Positions 26,991 through 37,912 of a stretch of 64,000 nt of DNA are shown here, piece after piece. How positions within the stretch are numbered: position 1 is the first letter of the stretch; every line of letters starts with the position of its first letter. Source of the stretch: Candidatus Iainarchaeum sp. (lineage in GTDB: Archaea > B1Sed10-29 > WALL01); the NCBI GenBank assembly GCA_016939415.1, contig JAFGGZ010000032.1:1815-65814 (forward strand), read 5' to 3'. Both the position numbers and the translations under genes were made by a program. Under the pieces are notes generated by a model. It was not told the origin of the DNA. It saw only the letters and a program-made list of their open reading frames with translations, and ran no database searches.

Positions 26991-29900
26991 TCACATGAAC
27001 TCTGCCAGGCTGAACTGCTTGGCCTTGTCGTTGACGAACACTGAGTTTATGTCTCCCTCAACGATCTTGAGTCTTTGTTTCATGTAGTCGCTTAGTCCGT
27101 ACTCATCCGCGATGCGTTTCGAGACTTCCAGGTACTTGCGCACGCTGCCTTCAGCGATCGTGAGGATGATCTTGCCGCCGCACTTGTGGCATTTGCCTAT
27201 GAGCGGCACGCGCCTGTACTTCGCGTTGCAGTCAACGCATCTGAACTTCTGCTCGCCGAACGCCCTCAGGTTGCCGTATATGTCCCTCAGGAAGTGGCTG
27301 TTCAAAAGCCTTTCCGCCTCGTCTTTCTCGTCCACTGACCGGAGTTTCTTGCCGAGTTTCAGCTGAGCGTTGACCTTCTCCTCCATCTCGCCGAGCGTGG
27401 TATACGTTGACCTGGTCACGCCGTTGTCTATGGCGGTCGTGCCGTGCGTGAACCCGAACCCGTCGTATTGCCGGTCTGTGCCGAGCCTGCTTTCCACTGT
27501 TTCTATTTTGAAGTCCCGCGGGTTCAGGAGTTCGTGGCTTCTCCGGTAAAAATCAAGGGGGTACTCCCTGGTTGTTTCCAGTTTGTGCACCTGGTCGTCT
27601 ATTTGCATTGGGTCTATCGCAAGCGTGAGGACGAGGCAGGCATCCATCTTGCCACCGCGGGACGAGGGGAGGTACTTTTTAGAGAAGTTGAGCAGCGCAT
27701 CCAGCAGGAACATGCATCCGTTCTCGTCGCCGTCACAATCCCTCCTTGTGCTGGCGTGGAAGTACGGGTGGGCGTAGCACGCGCGGGCCTTGCTGAATCC
27801 GATTATGCGGCCAAGCACTCCGGCGCTGGTGTGCGGCGCCAGCCCTATGATGAGGTGGCCGACGAGGTCCTCTTTCGTCCGGGCGTTGTAGAACTGCTCG
27901 AGGCCGTACAGTTGCGTGAGCATCTCGTCCAGGGCCTTTGTCACGCGCACGAGGTAGTCGACGCCGGTTTCTGCGAGTATGACGTCCTGCGGGAGGAGCT
28001 CCACGATCTGGTTCTGACTCACCAGGTCCTTGCCTTCGTGGTCGTGAGCGTATCCCAGTTCCTTGAGTCTTTCCACGCTCGTGCCTATCTCCTTTGGTGT
28101 GAAATGCGTGGTGGGTAGGTTGGTGGAATCGAACCGGACCGTGCCGTCTTTGAATATGTACACGCCGTTCCTGGATCGGATTATGCCTTTCTCGAGCGGC
28201 TCGAACATCTTGCCCCCGCTCATCATTCCCTTGACTCCTTTTATCTTCGGGTCTGGCTTGCCGACGTTTTCCATGGCGTGATCCATCATGTCCTTGATGT
28301 TGACCACGCTCTTGTCGTATGCTGTGGGCCTGACGCCGCAGATCGGACACTCGTCTTCTGTCTCCCTGCCGCATTTTGGGCACACGAGCAGCGGCTTTGT
28401 GCGTTCGCCGCAGTCCATGCACTTGTAGGAGAACATGACCTTGCCGCATTTCGGGCACTTCATTCTCGCGATTTCCACGCTGATGGTTTTCCTGTCGTAT
28501 GCTTTCATGATTGAGCGCGTGTTCCCACCGTAGTTCCCCACAGGGAACAGTATGTTCGGCGCAGGCTTCATGAGTCTCTCCTTTGCTTTTTCGGGCCTGC
28601 CCATCCTCGTGCCCAGGTATACGGGCGCCTTCACTTTTATCACATACGGACTGAGCTCGTTCACGAGCGTCATCGGGTCGCCGGCGTCTATCTGTTCCAC
28701 TGCTTTCGCTGAGTCAGGAACTGCCAACGTCTTTTTGAGCGCTTCCCAATCATCCCCTTCTATCACTATTGTGTCTTCCCTCACTGTGTGTGGCACGAGC
28801 AGCTTTTCGAGCGCGCGCTTCTGCGGCCCGGTCTTCATGTCCGTGGCGAGCCATTGCACGAGTTCCCTCAGTTCTGTCACTGTCACGTCGCTGTAATTGT
28901 AGACGTACCTGGGGTGGAGGGGCACTCCGTACTTCTCTGAGTACTTGACTGCTTCTTCGAAGGATACGCGGTATGGGTCTTCGCACAGGCCGCCCGCGTC
29001 CTTGACTTCCAGCGCCCACCACTCCTCGCACCATGCTGACGGAACGATGGGGTGATTTGTTTGCAGGAAGTCGTTGAATGATACGAGTATGTCGCCGTTG
29101 AAGAGCACTTCTTCTGTCGCGGGCCTGAGCTGGTTGGCTTGTTCCTCGCTCTCCACTCGCACGACGCTGCCGTCCCTCAGCCTGATGACCGGCCCTTCGA
29201 TGGTGTCTACTGGGACTACTGTCATGCCCTTGCCGGGTCTTTCTACTTTGAGTTGCGTGCCGATGGCGGGGAACCCGTCGAGTGCCGCCATGGCGGCCGG
29301 GTGCATGCCTTTGGCCATGAGGCCATTGTTTCGGCTGCGGCCGTATCTCAGCCTGAACCCTCCTGGCCTGGAGGGGTAGGAGAAGATGGGGCGGCCCGCA
29401 ACGATGTCGCGGAGGAACTTGTCCAGCGGCTCTATTTTTCTCGCGCCTTCCTCTTCCTTTCCGACTTTTATGAACGACTGGAGCCACCCCCACTTCAATT
29501 TCATCTCGTTCGAGATGCGCAGGATCTTCTGGGCCTTTTGTGCGATGCCTTCTGCCACGACCAGGCACGCGCCGCCGCGCACTCGATTGGTTGGCACGCG
29601 CGGTATGTCTTTGTGGACGTCCACTTCCTGTTCGAGTGTTGGGTCTCCGTTGATGCAGACCGGGCAGTTGCGGATGACTGTCCTGACTTCGTCGTCGCTG
29701 GGCTTGTACTGCAGGTGTTCCACGTTGTGGTATATGTTTATCTCTTCCACGTAGCGCTCGACTTCCGTTTCTGTCGGCCTGTATTCGCTGAGGCCAATCT
29801 TTTGTCTGGCGTAGTCACCGATGAGGCAGGTTATTGCTTGGCCTGTGCCTCCAGCGCTCCGTATGGGTCCTGAGAAGTATATGCTTAGGTACTCGCTTCC

Positions 29901-30293
29901 GTCTGGGTTCTTCTCTATCTTCACGTCTGCGACGCCCTCGATCGGCGCTGCTACGACCGCTTCAGTGTATAGCGCCAGACCTGTTCGGACGCATTGTTCT
30001 GCCTGGCTTGCCTTGTCGTGCTGTCCGTACTTGCCTTCGCAGATTTTGTCGCATATCGCGAGGAGGGTTTGGTCGCGGCTCATCGTCTTGAGGCATTCAC
30101 GTATGTCCTTGGCCACTCCCTTTGGGCCGATGAGTCCCTCGACACGCGCGCTGAGGTCTTCTGCGAGAGGTATTTCGACTTCTGTTTCCGGGTCGATGCC
30201 TATTGCGCGCGCCTTGCCGGCGATTTCGTAGACTGCGTTGGCTTTGGCTTCGAGGTTTTTGTAGTAGTCGAGCACGCGCGCTGATGCTTTCAT
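26991..30293 (-). CDS. polC: DNA polymerase D large subunit DP2
   Basis: GPIRSAGGT, GGFRLRYGR, RRDCDGDE, Zn fingers; no intein. Confidence 0.97.
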   Translation of the reverse strand: MKASARVLDYYKNLEAKANAVYEIAGKARAIGIDPETEVEIPLAEDLSARVEGLIGPKGVAKDIRECLKTMSRDQTLLAICDKICEGKYGQHDKASQAEQCVRTGLALYTEAVVAAPIEGVADVKIEKNPDGSEYLSIYFSGPIRSAGGTGQAITCLIGDYARQKIGLSEYRPTETEVERYVEEINIYHNVEHLQYKPSDDEVRTVIRNCPVCINGDPTLEQEVDVHKDIPRVPTNRVRGGACLVVAEGIAQKAQKILRISNEMKLKWGWLQSFIKVGKEEEGARKIEPLDKFLRDIVAGRPIFSYPSRPGGFRLRYGRSRNNGLMAKGMHPAAMAALDGFPAIGTQLKVERPGKGMTVVPVDTIEGPVIRLRDGSVVRVESEEQANQLRPATEEVLFNGDILVSFNDFLQTNHPIVPSAWCEEWWALEVKDAGGLCEDPYRVSFEEAVKYSEKYGVPLHPRYVYNYSDVTVTELRELVQWLATDMKTGPQKRALEKLLVPHTVREDTIVIEGDDWEALKKTLAVPDSAKAVEQIDAGDPMTLVNELSPYVIKVKAPVYLGTRMGRPEKAKERLMKPAPNILFPVGNYGGNTRSIMKAYDRKTISVEIARMKCPKCGKVMFSYKCMDCGERTKPLLVCPKCGRETEDECPICGVRPTAYDKSVVNIKDMMDHAMENVGKPDPKIKGVKGMMSGGKMFEPLEKGIIRSRNGVYIFKDGTVRFDSTNLPTTHFTPKEIGTSVERLKELGYAHDHEGKDLVSQNQIVELLPQDVILAETGVDYLVRVTKALDEMLTQLYGLEQFYNARTKEDLVGHLIIGLAPHTSAGVLGRIIGFSKARACYAHPYFHASTRRDCDGDENGCMFLLDALLNFSKKYLPSSRGGKMDACLVLTLAIDPMQIDDQVHKLETTREYPLDFYRRSHELLNPRDFKIETVESRLGTDRQYDGFGFTHGTTAIDNGVTRSTYTTLGEMEEKVNAQLKLGKKLRSVDEKDEAERLLNSHFLRDIYGNLRAFGEQKFRCVDCNAKYRRVPLIGKCHKCGGKIILTIAEGSVRKYLEVSKRIADEYGLSDYMKQRLKIVEGDINSVFVNDKAKQFSLAEFM

Positions 30294-31771
30294 GCACCCA
30301 CCTCTTTGTCGAAGTGCACGATGCTCAGCTTTGTGGCGTGCAGGTCCAGTATGGGGAGTATGCATGGCGTCGGGTGGTGGCCTTTCTGCAGTTGGTACGG
30401 CGTCTGTTTCTGCCAGCATCCCGCGTTCACGCCGATGACTCCTTTGTACGTGATGTAGCCGTTCCTGTGCACGTCAGCGACTTGCATGACGTCCGGGACG
30501 CGTTCTATGACCATATAATCCTTTTTTTCCGGGGTGATCGGCGGGCGTTCGCCGTAGACTGGGTGGAGGTGCCTCCTCTGCAGGTACTCCACGCACACCT
30601 TTTCCGGGTGGACGTAGTCCGTTGTCTTTACGTGCGGCACGATGCTGTGGATGCTTGCGCCGTGGTACAGCAGGAACTCAACGCCGTGGAGCGAGCAGTA
30701 GCCGGGTGATGACATGAGGTTCACGTTGTCGAGTGAGGTTATGTTGTTAGTGACTTCATTACTCATTGCGGGCTGCGGGTCGGCGGTGCGCACTGCGTCG
30801 TGGTTTCCGGGGGTGAGCACCACTTCCACGTAGTCAGGGAGCTGTTCGAGGTATTGCTTGAATTGCCTGTATTGCTCGAATATGTCTGTGGTTTCGAGCT
30901 CGTATTCCTGGTTGGGGTATATGCCCACGCCGTCAACCAGGTCTCCTGCGATCGTGATGTACTTTATCCTGCCTGCGAGCTCTCTCTGTTTTGCGTTGCC
31001 GTGCCTGCCGTGCATCCAGTCAATGAATTTCTCGAAGTTCTGTCGCATGAACAGCAGTGAGCCTATGTGCGTGTCGCTCATCATTCCGACGCACAGGCTT
31101 TCTTCTGTTCTTCTCGGCTGGTGGAGGGGTATGTCCGGCTTTATGATTGCGTTGGCGATGAATAGTTCCCTGCTCATTTTTCCGTCGATGGCTATGACTT
31201 CGTCGTTGATGACGTTGTGGGATTCTTCGATGAGTTGTCTGTCGCTTTGCGGGACGAGGACGTTGATGGTGTCGGTCTCGTCTTCCAAGGATATCAGTCT
31301 GTGGCCGTTCTTGGTGGTTTTGATTTCGCTGACCATGCCTATGATGCGTACTTTCTCGCCCATCCCCCGCCTCTTGACGTGCTCGATGTCTCTTGCCGGG
31401 CCGCGTTCCTTGATTATGCCGGACAGCCTGCGGAAGCGGTCCCTGAAGTGTTCCACGAAGTCGTCGACCTTGCCTTCGCACATTGACTTGCCTGTGACGT
31501 TGAAGTCTTCGAATTCCTTGAATTCTGCGTCGTGTTCTTTGGCGAGGGGCTTGAAGTCCGTGTGCTCCACGACGATTTTCTGTTCCGGCAAGAACTTGGG
31601 TTCCGCATCTATGAGTTCTTGTTTCGTGACGACGGGTCCGCGGATCTTCGGGAGTATTTCTTCGCAGTACTTGAGGGGGGTGGGCTTGAGGATTACATGG
31701 CCGAGGCCATCAGAAGACAGCAGCATCCCCCGTTCTCTGAATAAGGCTAGTATTTCTTCTCTCATTGCCAC
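30290..31771 (-). CDS. polB: DNA polymerase D small subunit DP1
   Basis: OB fold, SDTHIGS, AGDLVDGVGIYP, PGNHD; ATGA overlap with DP2; start 31771 or 31765. Confidence 0.95.
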   Translation of the reverse strand: MAMREEILALFRERGMLLSSDGLGHVILKPTPLKYCEEILPKIRGPVVTKQELIDAEPKFLPEQKIVVEHTDFKPLAKEHDAEFKEFEDFNVTGKSMCEGKVDDFVEHFRDRFRRLSGIIKERGPARDIEHVKRRGMGEKVRIIGMVSEIKTTKNGHRLISLEDETDTINVLVPQSDRQLIEESHNVINDEVIAIDGKMSRELFIANAIIKPDIPLHQPRRTEESLCVGMMSDTHIGSLLFMRQNFEKFIDWMHGRHGNAKQRELAGRIKYITIAGDLVDGVGIYPNQEYELETTDIFEQYRQFKQYLEQLPDYVEVVLTPGNHDAVRTADPQPAMSNEVTNNITSLDNVNLMSSPGYCSLHGVEFLLYHGASIHSIVPHVKTTDYVHPEKVCVEYLQRRHLHPVYGERPPITPEKKDYMVIERVPDVMQVADVHRNGYITYKGVIGVNAGCWQKQTPYQLQKGHHPTPCILPILDLHATKLSIVHFDKEVGA

Positions 31772-31995
31772 ACCCCTGCGCTCTCCGCGACCGAGTGTTG
31801 TCTATGTTTTTGCCGCAATGAAATAAGAAGTTATGCATGCGATTTAAAACATCTCCGGATCCATGCCCTGCATGGCCCCGAATCGCTGGCTGGGATGTCT
31901 CCTATCGCATCAAAGTCGCTGGTGTTTCCTTCCTTCACAACTCGCTGAAAGCGGCGAAATCCTTGCACGAGCAAATGTAGAAAGACGACGCAGGA

Positions 31996-33042
31996 TTATG
32001 ACTTGGCCGCGGGGTATGCGCGTGCCTGCAGTCCTGCTTTTCCTTCGAACCGTTTCCTGACTGGCTCTAACAGTTGGTTCAGTTCTCTGGCAACCGCTTT
32101 CTTTAGGTCCATGGGGTGCAGTTTCTTTTCCGCGAAGTCCTTTTCCAGCGCGGCGTAGTCCCTGTACTCAGCATTGCCTCCGAACTTTGCCGGTCTCTCG
32201 ATGACCAGTGCTTGCTCCCTGTCCGCGAGCACGGTCATGACGACGTGTTTCGTGAACGCGAGCACTGCATTCCCGTCCACTTCGCCCGCAGGGCAGAACG
32301 CGCTCATCACTTTCTTTTCCACGATGTCCTGCGGGTCTGTGAGGCCGATTTTACCGCGCTCTTCTGAGGCGCTCATCTTGCCCCCGGCTTTCCCGCCTTC
32401 AAGGCTCGGCAGGAGGGGCGTGAAGACGCACACTGGTTTTGCGTGGCCCATCTGCGGCAGTGTCTCTCTACCAAGCATGTATATGCCGCGCTGGTCCACG
32501 CCGCTGAAGCACACATCGCACTCCAGCTTGACGAAGTCCTCGTTCTGCATGAGTGGGTATACGAATCCACCGAGCTTGGGCTCATCGCCGAACCTCACGA
32601 CTTCGGCTGCTGCCCTTCGGCATCGCGCCAGCGTTACTTCGCCCGCCATGCGCAGCACGTCCATCATGTAGTCTTCTTTGAGCTGGAATGAAGAGCCAAG
32701 CACGAACTCGAGGTTGCTTTGGTCAACTCCCAGCGCGTCGAATATGCCTTTTATGGCTTCCTCGTACCATTCGGCCCGGGCGTGCAGGAGCTCCCACGGC
32801 GATTTCTGCGCGTCCAGGTACGCGTGCAGATCCGCCATGAGGTACTTGACGCGGAACCCGGCTCTCAGGAAGTCAGCTGCCTTCAGTATCGGAACGATGT
32901 GGCCGACGTGCAGCATGCCTGTGGGGGCGTAGCCGATGTACGCGACTGGCTTCTTTTTCCCGCATACTGCGTTCATTTCTTCTTCTGTGATGACTTCTTC
33001 GGTGTTGCGGGTTATGAGCTTCAGCCGCGCTTCTGGCTTCAT
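31996..33042 (-). CDS. tyrS: Tyrosyl-tRNA synthetase
   Basis: YIGYAPTGMLHVGH, YPLMQ, GVDQR, KMSAS. Confidence 0.95.
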   Translation of the reverse strand: MKPEARLKLITRNTEEVITEEEMNAVCGKKKPVAYIGYAPTGMLHVGHIVPILKAADFLRAGFRVKYLMADLHAYLDAQKSPWELLHARAEWYEEAIKGIFDALGVDQSNLEFVLGSSFQLKEDYMMDVLRMAGEVTLARCRRAAAEVVRFGDEPKLGGFVYPLMQNEDFVKLECDVCFSGVDQRGIYMLGRETLPQMGHAKPVCVFTPLLPSLEGGKAGGKMSASEERGKIGLTDPQDIVEKKVMSAFCPAGEVDGNAVLAFTKHVVMTVLADREQALVIERPAKFGGNAEYRDYAALEKDFAEKKLHPMDLKKAVARELNQLLEPVRKRFEGKAGLQARAYPAAKS

Positions 33043-33296
33043 TTCAATTCCTCTTTAAGCTTCTCGAGTTCTGCCATGATGCTCATTATGTCTGTCCGCG
33101 TGTGGAACGGCATGTTTATGTCTTGGAGGCACTCGTCCAGCAGGTACATGGCTGACGTGAAATCCACTTCAGGATTCTCGTGCTGCTTGTTTATGAGTCC
33201 GCCCGCCTCAGCGACCGATTTCTTTATGTTGCGTGGCACGCCGTTGTCATTTGCAATGGAATCGATAAGGTAGTTGATGTTGTCCAGTTCGCTCAT
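33039..33296 (-). CDS. UPF0147 family protein
   Basis: DNGVPRNIK, DINMPFHTRT. Confidence 0.9.
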   Translation of the reverse strand: MSELDNINYLIDSIANDNGVPRNIKKSVAEAGGLINKQHENPEVDFTSAMYLLDECLQDINMPFHTRTDIMSIMAELEKLKEELK

Positions 33297-33358
33297 ACCA
33301 ATGCCCCCAGCAGAATTAGCATTTACATTTATATCGCAGGTATTTTTAAAGTTATAGC

Positions 33359-34141
33359 ATGTTTCTCACGCATTTCGAGGCAAAGCGGCTTTTGCGCGGA
33401 GATAAGCGCGTCAGCCTAGACCTCGGCCTGACAGAGTCGCCTGCACCTGAACTGGATGCAGACCTGTTGAAGGGGATTGCTGCGGACGAGGGCAATGTGT
33501 ACTTCTGCCGTGACGGAGAGTGGTTCAAGGCTGCGTTGCGCGCCCGGCACTTCTACAAGCTCCTTCCCACCAGGGAAGGCCATGCGCCGACGCATTGCAT
33601 TGACGGCATCCGCATGCACTTGATGAAGGACACGACGCCGGACGAGAACGCAGAAGCCATTACCAGCTCTGCGGGCGTGAAGAAAGGCGATCGGGTCCTT
33701 GATGTCTGCACCGGTCTCGGCTACACTGCTATCGCCGCGCGCAGGCGGGGAGCCAGCGTAATTTCGATTGAGGTGGACGAGAACGTGCTGGAGTTGGCGC
33801 GCATCAATCCTTGGTCCAGGGACTTGTTTTCTCCCGGTATCAACCTTATTGTAGGCGATGCTGCAGAGGAAGTGAAGAAGCTGCCGGACTCGTCTTTCGA
33901 TGTAGTGATCCACGATCCTCCGAGACTTGCGCTGGCCGGAGAGCTCTACGGCGCTGTTTTTTACAAGGAGTTGTTCCGCGTTGCGTGTAAGGGAGCTCGG
34001 CTCGTGCATTACATCGGCGGTCCCGGTTCCAGGCACAGGGGGAAGGATGTTGCCGGCGGCGCGGTCTCTCGCCTGAAGAGCATCGGCTGGCAGCGCGTTG
34101 TTGGGGTCAAGCGCATTCAATCCGTCCTAGCGGAGAAGTGA
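33359..34141 (+). CDS. Archaeal SAM-dependent methyltransferase (COG2521-like)
   Basis: IDGIRMH, VLDVCTGLGYTA, NPWS, IHDPPR. Confidence 0.88.
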   Translation: MFLTHFEAKRLLRGDKRVSLDLGLTESPAPELDADLLKGIAADEGNVYFCRDGEWFKAALRARHFYKLLPTREGHAPTHCIDGIRMHLMKDTTPDENAEAITSSAGVKKGDRVLDVCTGLGYTAIAARRRGASVISIEVDENVLELARINPWSRDLFSPGINLIVGDAAEEVKKLPDSSFDVVIHDPPRLALAGELYGAVFYKELFRVACKGARLVHYIGGPGSRHRGKDVAGGAVSRLKSIGWQRVVGVKRIQSVLAEK

Positions 34142-34504
34142 GCGCGCTTTTGTCATGTTATCGACTGCCAGCGCGACGTCTGTCTTGCCGTTCGCTGACC
34201 CGAGGATGTAGATGTTGTCCACGTTGATGTTCGCGTCCGCGAGCTTTCTCGCTACTTTAGACAACTCGCCGGCCCGGTCTATCAAGTGCAGCACGAGTAT
34301 CTCCACTTCGTTGCACTCGAGGCCTGCCTTGCTGATGGCATCCCTCGTGGTCCGTTCGTCGTTGGTCACCACATGTACGAGTCCTGAGTGGTCCCTCCTC
34401 TCCGAGGCGATGGCTTTTATGTTCACTGACGCTTTTGCCATGGTTTCCGTTATCCCGGCGAGGCTGCCGGGTTTGTTCTGGACTGAGATGCTGAATTGCT
34501 TCAT
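34127..34504 (-). CDS. Tandem ACT domain protein
   Basis: NKPGSLA..VNI and DRAGEL..INV. Confidence 0.88.
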   Translation of the reverse strand: MKQFSISVQNKPGSLAGITETMAKASVNIKAIASERRDHSGLVHVVTNDERTTRDAISKAGLECNEVEILVLHLIDRAGELSKVARKLADANINVDNIYILGSANGKTDVALAVDNMTKARSLLR

Positions 34505-34554
34505 TTCATCACCGTTCTGACCTTCGGTTATGAGTGCGCTTGTATAAAAGGCTT

Positions 34555-35511
34555 TTAATGCTTGAGCGCCCATTCCGCGACCTTGATCCTGAGGCTCTGT
34601 ACGTCTCCTTCCGACTTCGTGCTCACCCACATGCCCGAGACAACGCCTTTCCTGTCCTGGACGAGGTCTGCTTTGTTGTACACGACGAGCACGTCCTTGG
34701 AAAAGTTTTTCTTCACCATGCGGAATAGTGCTTTCTGCTTTTGCATGGAGTAGCCGCATGTCTCTGACGGGTCGAAGATGAACAGGACTTTGTCGCTGAG
34801 GTGCCTCATTGCTGCGAGGGCCTGCAGTTCTATGCTGTTCATTCTGGACACTGGCCGGTCCATGACGCCCGGCGTGTCGACGAGCTGGATGGACATGTAT
34901 TTGTGCTTCATGTGGCCGACCAGCAATTGCTTGGTCGTGAATGGGTAGGGCTGCACTTCCACGCCGGAGCCGCTCAGTGCTCGAAGGATGCTGCTCTTCC
35001 CGACGTTTGGGTACCCGGCTATTATTACTGTAGGTTCGTCTTTGAGCGAGGGCATGTTGCGCAGTTTCACGTACGCTTCATGCAAGATCTCCAGGTCTTT
35101 GTTAACTCCGCGGAATATTGATTCTGCTCTTGAGTCGAACTGCTTGCGCAGGGCCGTCATCTTGTCTACGTCTCGCGTGCTGCGTATCCTGCGCGCGTAC
35201 TCCCTGCTGAGCTGCCACGCTTTCTTCCCGGCCCAGCCGACAGAGTGCAGTGACTTGCGCACGCTGTCGACGTCTATTATGAGGCCGATCAGTTCCTTGT
35301 GGAACGGAGGGAGCTCATCGAAGTCGGCAGAGCCCTTCACGACAGAGCTTGTCTTGTTGCGCAGCGCTTCTCCCAGTGCCTGGACTTTTCCCGCTTCCCT
35401 GATGCGCATTGTCTCCCAGCGGTTCTTCGCGTTCATCTGCCTGACGCTGTTATGAGCACGTTTCAGTGATGTGCGGAACAGGTCTTTTGGCACTGGCTGA
35501 ATGATCGTCAT
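34555..35511 (-). CDS. NOG1-family GTPase
   Basis: GYPNVGKSS, YPFTTK, DTPG, NKAD. Confidence 0.93.
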   Translation of the reverse strand: MTIIQPVPKDLFRTSLKRAHNSVRQMNAKNRWETMRIREAGKVQALGEALRNKTSSVVKGSADFDELPPFHKELIGLIIDVDSVRKSLHSVGWAGKKAWQLSREYARRIRSTRDVDKMTALRKQFDSRAESIFRGVNKDLEILHEAYVKLRNMPSLKDEPTVIIAGYPNVGKSSILRALSGSGVEVQPYPFTTKQLLVGHMKHKYMSIQLVDTPGVMDRPVSRMNSIELQALAAMRHLSDKVLFIFDPSETCGYSMQKQKALFRMVKKNFSKDVLVVYNKADLVQDRKGVVSGMWVSTKSEGDVQSLRIKVAEWALKH

Positions 35512-35565
35512 AATGAGATTAGCGTGGTGAAACCTTATTATACTTACTGAAGCATAAGATATTCC

Positions 35566-36174
35566 ATGAAGGCATTTGTGCTCCTGCTTCTGTTTTCTGC
35601 AGCGCTCGGTAGCGTCTGCTCTGACATAGCGTCCGAGGCCGAGAAGTGGACGGTGGTCGAGTACTCTCCTGATCTGGGTGTCTGTTCGCTGGAGCCGAAG
35701 GACTGGTATGTCAATTACTCCAAGCGCGCTGAGGCATATGCCACGACAGCGAAGTGCTACACGACCACGGAGTACGACAAGGAGAGGGAGTCTTACTGGT
35801 ACGGCCGCGCGGCGCTCATGTACTCGAGGTCTGCCGAGACGCTGTGCGCTTCAGGCGATGCTTCCAAAAAAATTCGGATCCTCATATCTGCCGGAGAGTC
35901 ATTCGATCTCTCTGGTGACAAGGAGTCTGCGATGGAGTCGTACCAGGCCGCCCAGCGGGTGTACGATGACTACAAGTCTTCAGCGAGTTTGGAGGGCGAG
36001 CGCGCTCTCCTCCAGCAGAAGATCCTAATGAGCCAGTACTCCGACCTGCCGTCGCAAGTGACTGAAAACCCCGCGGATGCCCCGGGTTTTGACGTGGTCG
36101 CCGCGTCCCTCATCGGAGTGCTCTTGGTCTTCAGCGGTTTCTTCATTGCTTATGTGCTGCGCTCAAGGAAGTGA
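35566..36174 (+). CDS. Exported helical protein with C-terminal membrane anchor
   Basis: Signal peptide, Cys residues, PGF followed by TM helix and basic tail. Confidence 0.75.
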   Translation: MKAFVLLLLFSAALGSVCSDIASEAEKWTVVEYSPDLGVCSLEPKDWYVNYSKRAEAYATTAKCYTTTEYDKERESYWYGRAALMYSRSAETLCASGDASKKIRILISAGESFDLSGDKESAMESYQAAQRVYDDYKSSASLEGERALLQQKILMSQYSDLPSQVTENPADAPGFDVVAASLIGVLLVFSGFFIAYVLRSRK

Positions 36175-36180
36175 GTTTGT

Positions 36181-37860
36181 TTGGAGCTGCGTTGCAAAGA
36201 CCTGGCCGCGCGGATAGGCTTCTTCAACACGCCGCACGGCAGGATAGAGACCCCGACCATACTGCCAGTGGTGAACCCGTCGCGGCAGAGTGTCCCGGCG
36301 AAAGAGCTCAAACGCATCGGCGCCCAGGCCATAATCACGAACGCCTATCTGATACGCCAGAAGCATCCGGATGTCACTGATGTCCACGAATTCCTTGACT
36401 TTGACGGCCCGGTGATGACGGATTCTGGAGCGTTCCAGCTCATGCAGTACGGTCACGTGCACGTGACGAACAAGGAGATCGTCGGGTTTCAGGAACGCAT
36501 AGGCGTTGACATAGGCGTTTTCCTTGACGTGCCAGGGATCGGCAGCAGGGAAACTGTGTTGAATAACCTGAAGACGACTCTCCAGCGAGCCAGGGAAGCC
36601 AAGAAGCTCACGAAGGGCTCTGAGGCTTTGTGGTGCGGTCCGGTCCAGGGCGGGGAGTTCCTTGACTTGCGGAGGAGGGCTGCGCGCTCCATGTCGAAGA
36701 TCGGTTTCGATGTTTATCCCATTGGGAGTGTTGTCCCCCTCATGAATGACTATCGCTTCGCTGATAACGTGGACATCATTTCCACTGTGCGGAAGGAACT
36801 CCCGTTGAATGCTCCGGTCCATCACTTCGGTGCCGGCCACCCGATGTTCTTCGCTTTCGCTGTCGCGCTCGGCGCGGACTTGTTCGACTCTGCTGCGTAC
36901 TCGTTGTTCGCGCAGCGCGGGGATTACTTGACTGTGAACGGCACGGTGCCTGTCAAGGAGCTGGATGAGCTGCCGTGCTCCTGCCCCATATGTTCTTCCC
37001 GCACTCCGCAGGAAATGGATGAGCTCGCGCTCTCCAGGCACAACCTGTACGTGACGTTCCAGGAGATGCGCACTATCCGCCAGCACATCCGGGAGAACAG
37101 GTTATGGGAGTTGCTGGAGCAGCGTGCCCGCGCTCACCCGGCGCTCTTCGCTGCTTTGCAGCGGATGGGCAAGCACAAGAAGTACTTGGAGTCACTGGAT
37201 GTGTTCTCGAGGAAGAGGTTCTTCTACGTGTCTAAGGAGAGTGAGCTGCGCCCAGAGCTCTACCGCCACAGGAAACGCGCCCTCCAAGGCTTTTCCCAGC
37301 CGACTGTCGACTTGTTCCCTTTCAAGAGCGTGCCTGTCGGCTGCGAAGGGGTTTATCCTTTCGGCCAGCGGGTCCTGCCTTCGGAGAAGGAGGAGCGTGT
37401 CCCTCCGGTCTCGCCGTTAATGTGCTTGAATGCGCTGGCCGAGTACCAGTTCATGGTGAAGGACTTGTTCCCGCTGGATGCGCGGGTCGAGGTGTCCAGG
37501 AACACGGGCAAGATCCGGCGGGTGTATGCAGGCGATGTCCTGTTGGCTTCTGTTTCTGCGAGCGATTACAAGATCATCCCCCACGCTGCTGCCAAGACGA
37601 TCCACGAGCGCTCTGGAAAGTGGAGGGTGGTTGTGCAGGACGATGTCTCTAGCTTCGCGCGGCAAGGCAAGAATGTGTTCGCGAAGTTCGTGGGGTCCGC
37701 TGATCCCGACATACGCGCCGGGAGCGAGGTGCTTGTCGTGGACGGCTCCGGTGCTTTACTCGCTGCCGGGACTGCCTCGCTTTCTGCCGGCGAGATGATG
37801 GCATTCGATAAGGGCGTGGCTGTCAGCGTGAGGAAGGGTTTCGGAGAGGCAAATCAATAA
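36181..37860 (+). CDS. tgtA: Archaeosine tRNA-guanine(15) transglycosylase
   Basis: ETPTILPV, MTDSGAFQ, HHFGAGHP, FDSAAY, CSCPIC, C-terminal PUA domain. Confidence 0.95.
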   Translation: MELRCKDLAARIGFFNTPHGRIETPTILPVVNPSRQSVPAKELKRIGAQAIITNAYLIRQKHPDVTDVHEFLDFDGPVMTDSGAFQLMQYGHVHVTNKEIVGFQERIGVDIGVFLDVPGIGSRETVLNNLKTTLQRAREAKKLTKGSEALWCGPVQGGEFLDLRRRAARSMSKIGFDVYPIGSVVPLMNDYRFADNVDIISTVRKELPLNAPVHHFGAGHPMFFAFAVALGADLFDSAAYSLFAQRGDYLTVNGTVPVKELDELPCSCPICSSRTPQEMDELALSRHNLYVTFQEMRTIRQHIRENRLWELLEQRARAHPALFAALQRMGKHKKYLESLDVFSRKRFFYVSKESELRPELYRHRKRALQGFSQPTVDLFPFKSVPVGCEGVYPFGQRVLPSEKEERVPPVSPLMCLNALAEYQFMVKDLFPLDARVEVSRNTGKIRRVYAGDVLLASVSASDYKIIPHAAAKTIHERSGKWRVVVQDDVSSFARQGKNVFAKFVGSADPDIRAGSEVLVVDGSGALLAAGTASLSAGEMMAFDKGVAVSVRKGFGEANQ

Positions 37861-37912
37861 AAGCCCGTGCTCTGTATCAATGCCATGGTGAATATCCTGA
37901 AGGTGGTTTCAA

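Noticed and set aside
26991-30293. Intein in DP2 (also checked cdc6 and lhr)
   Set aside because: Lengths are normal and motifs are contiguous
31772-31995. tRNA or ncRNA in the DP1-tyrS gap (also 10758-10930 and 51962-52135)
   Set aside because: No cloverleaf, T-loop or convincing stem seen; an Infernal scan is needed to exclude
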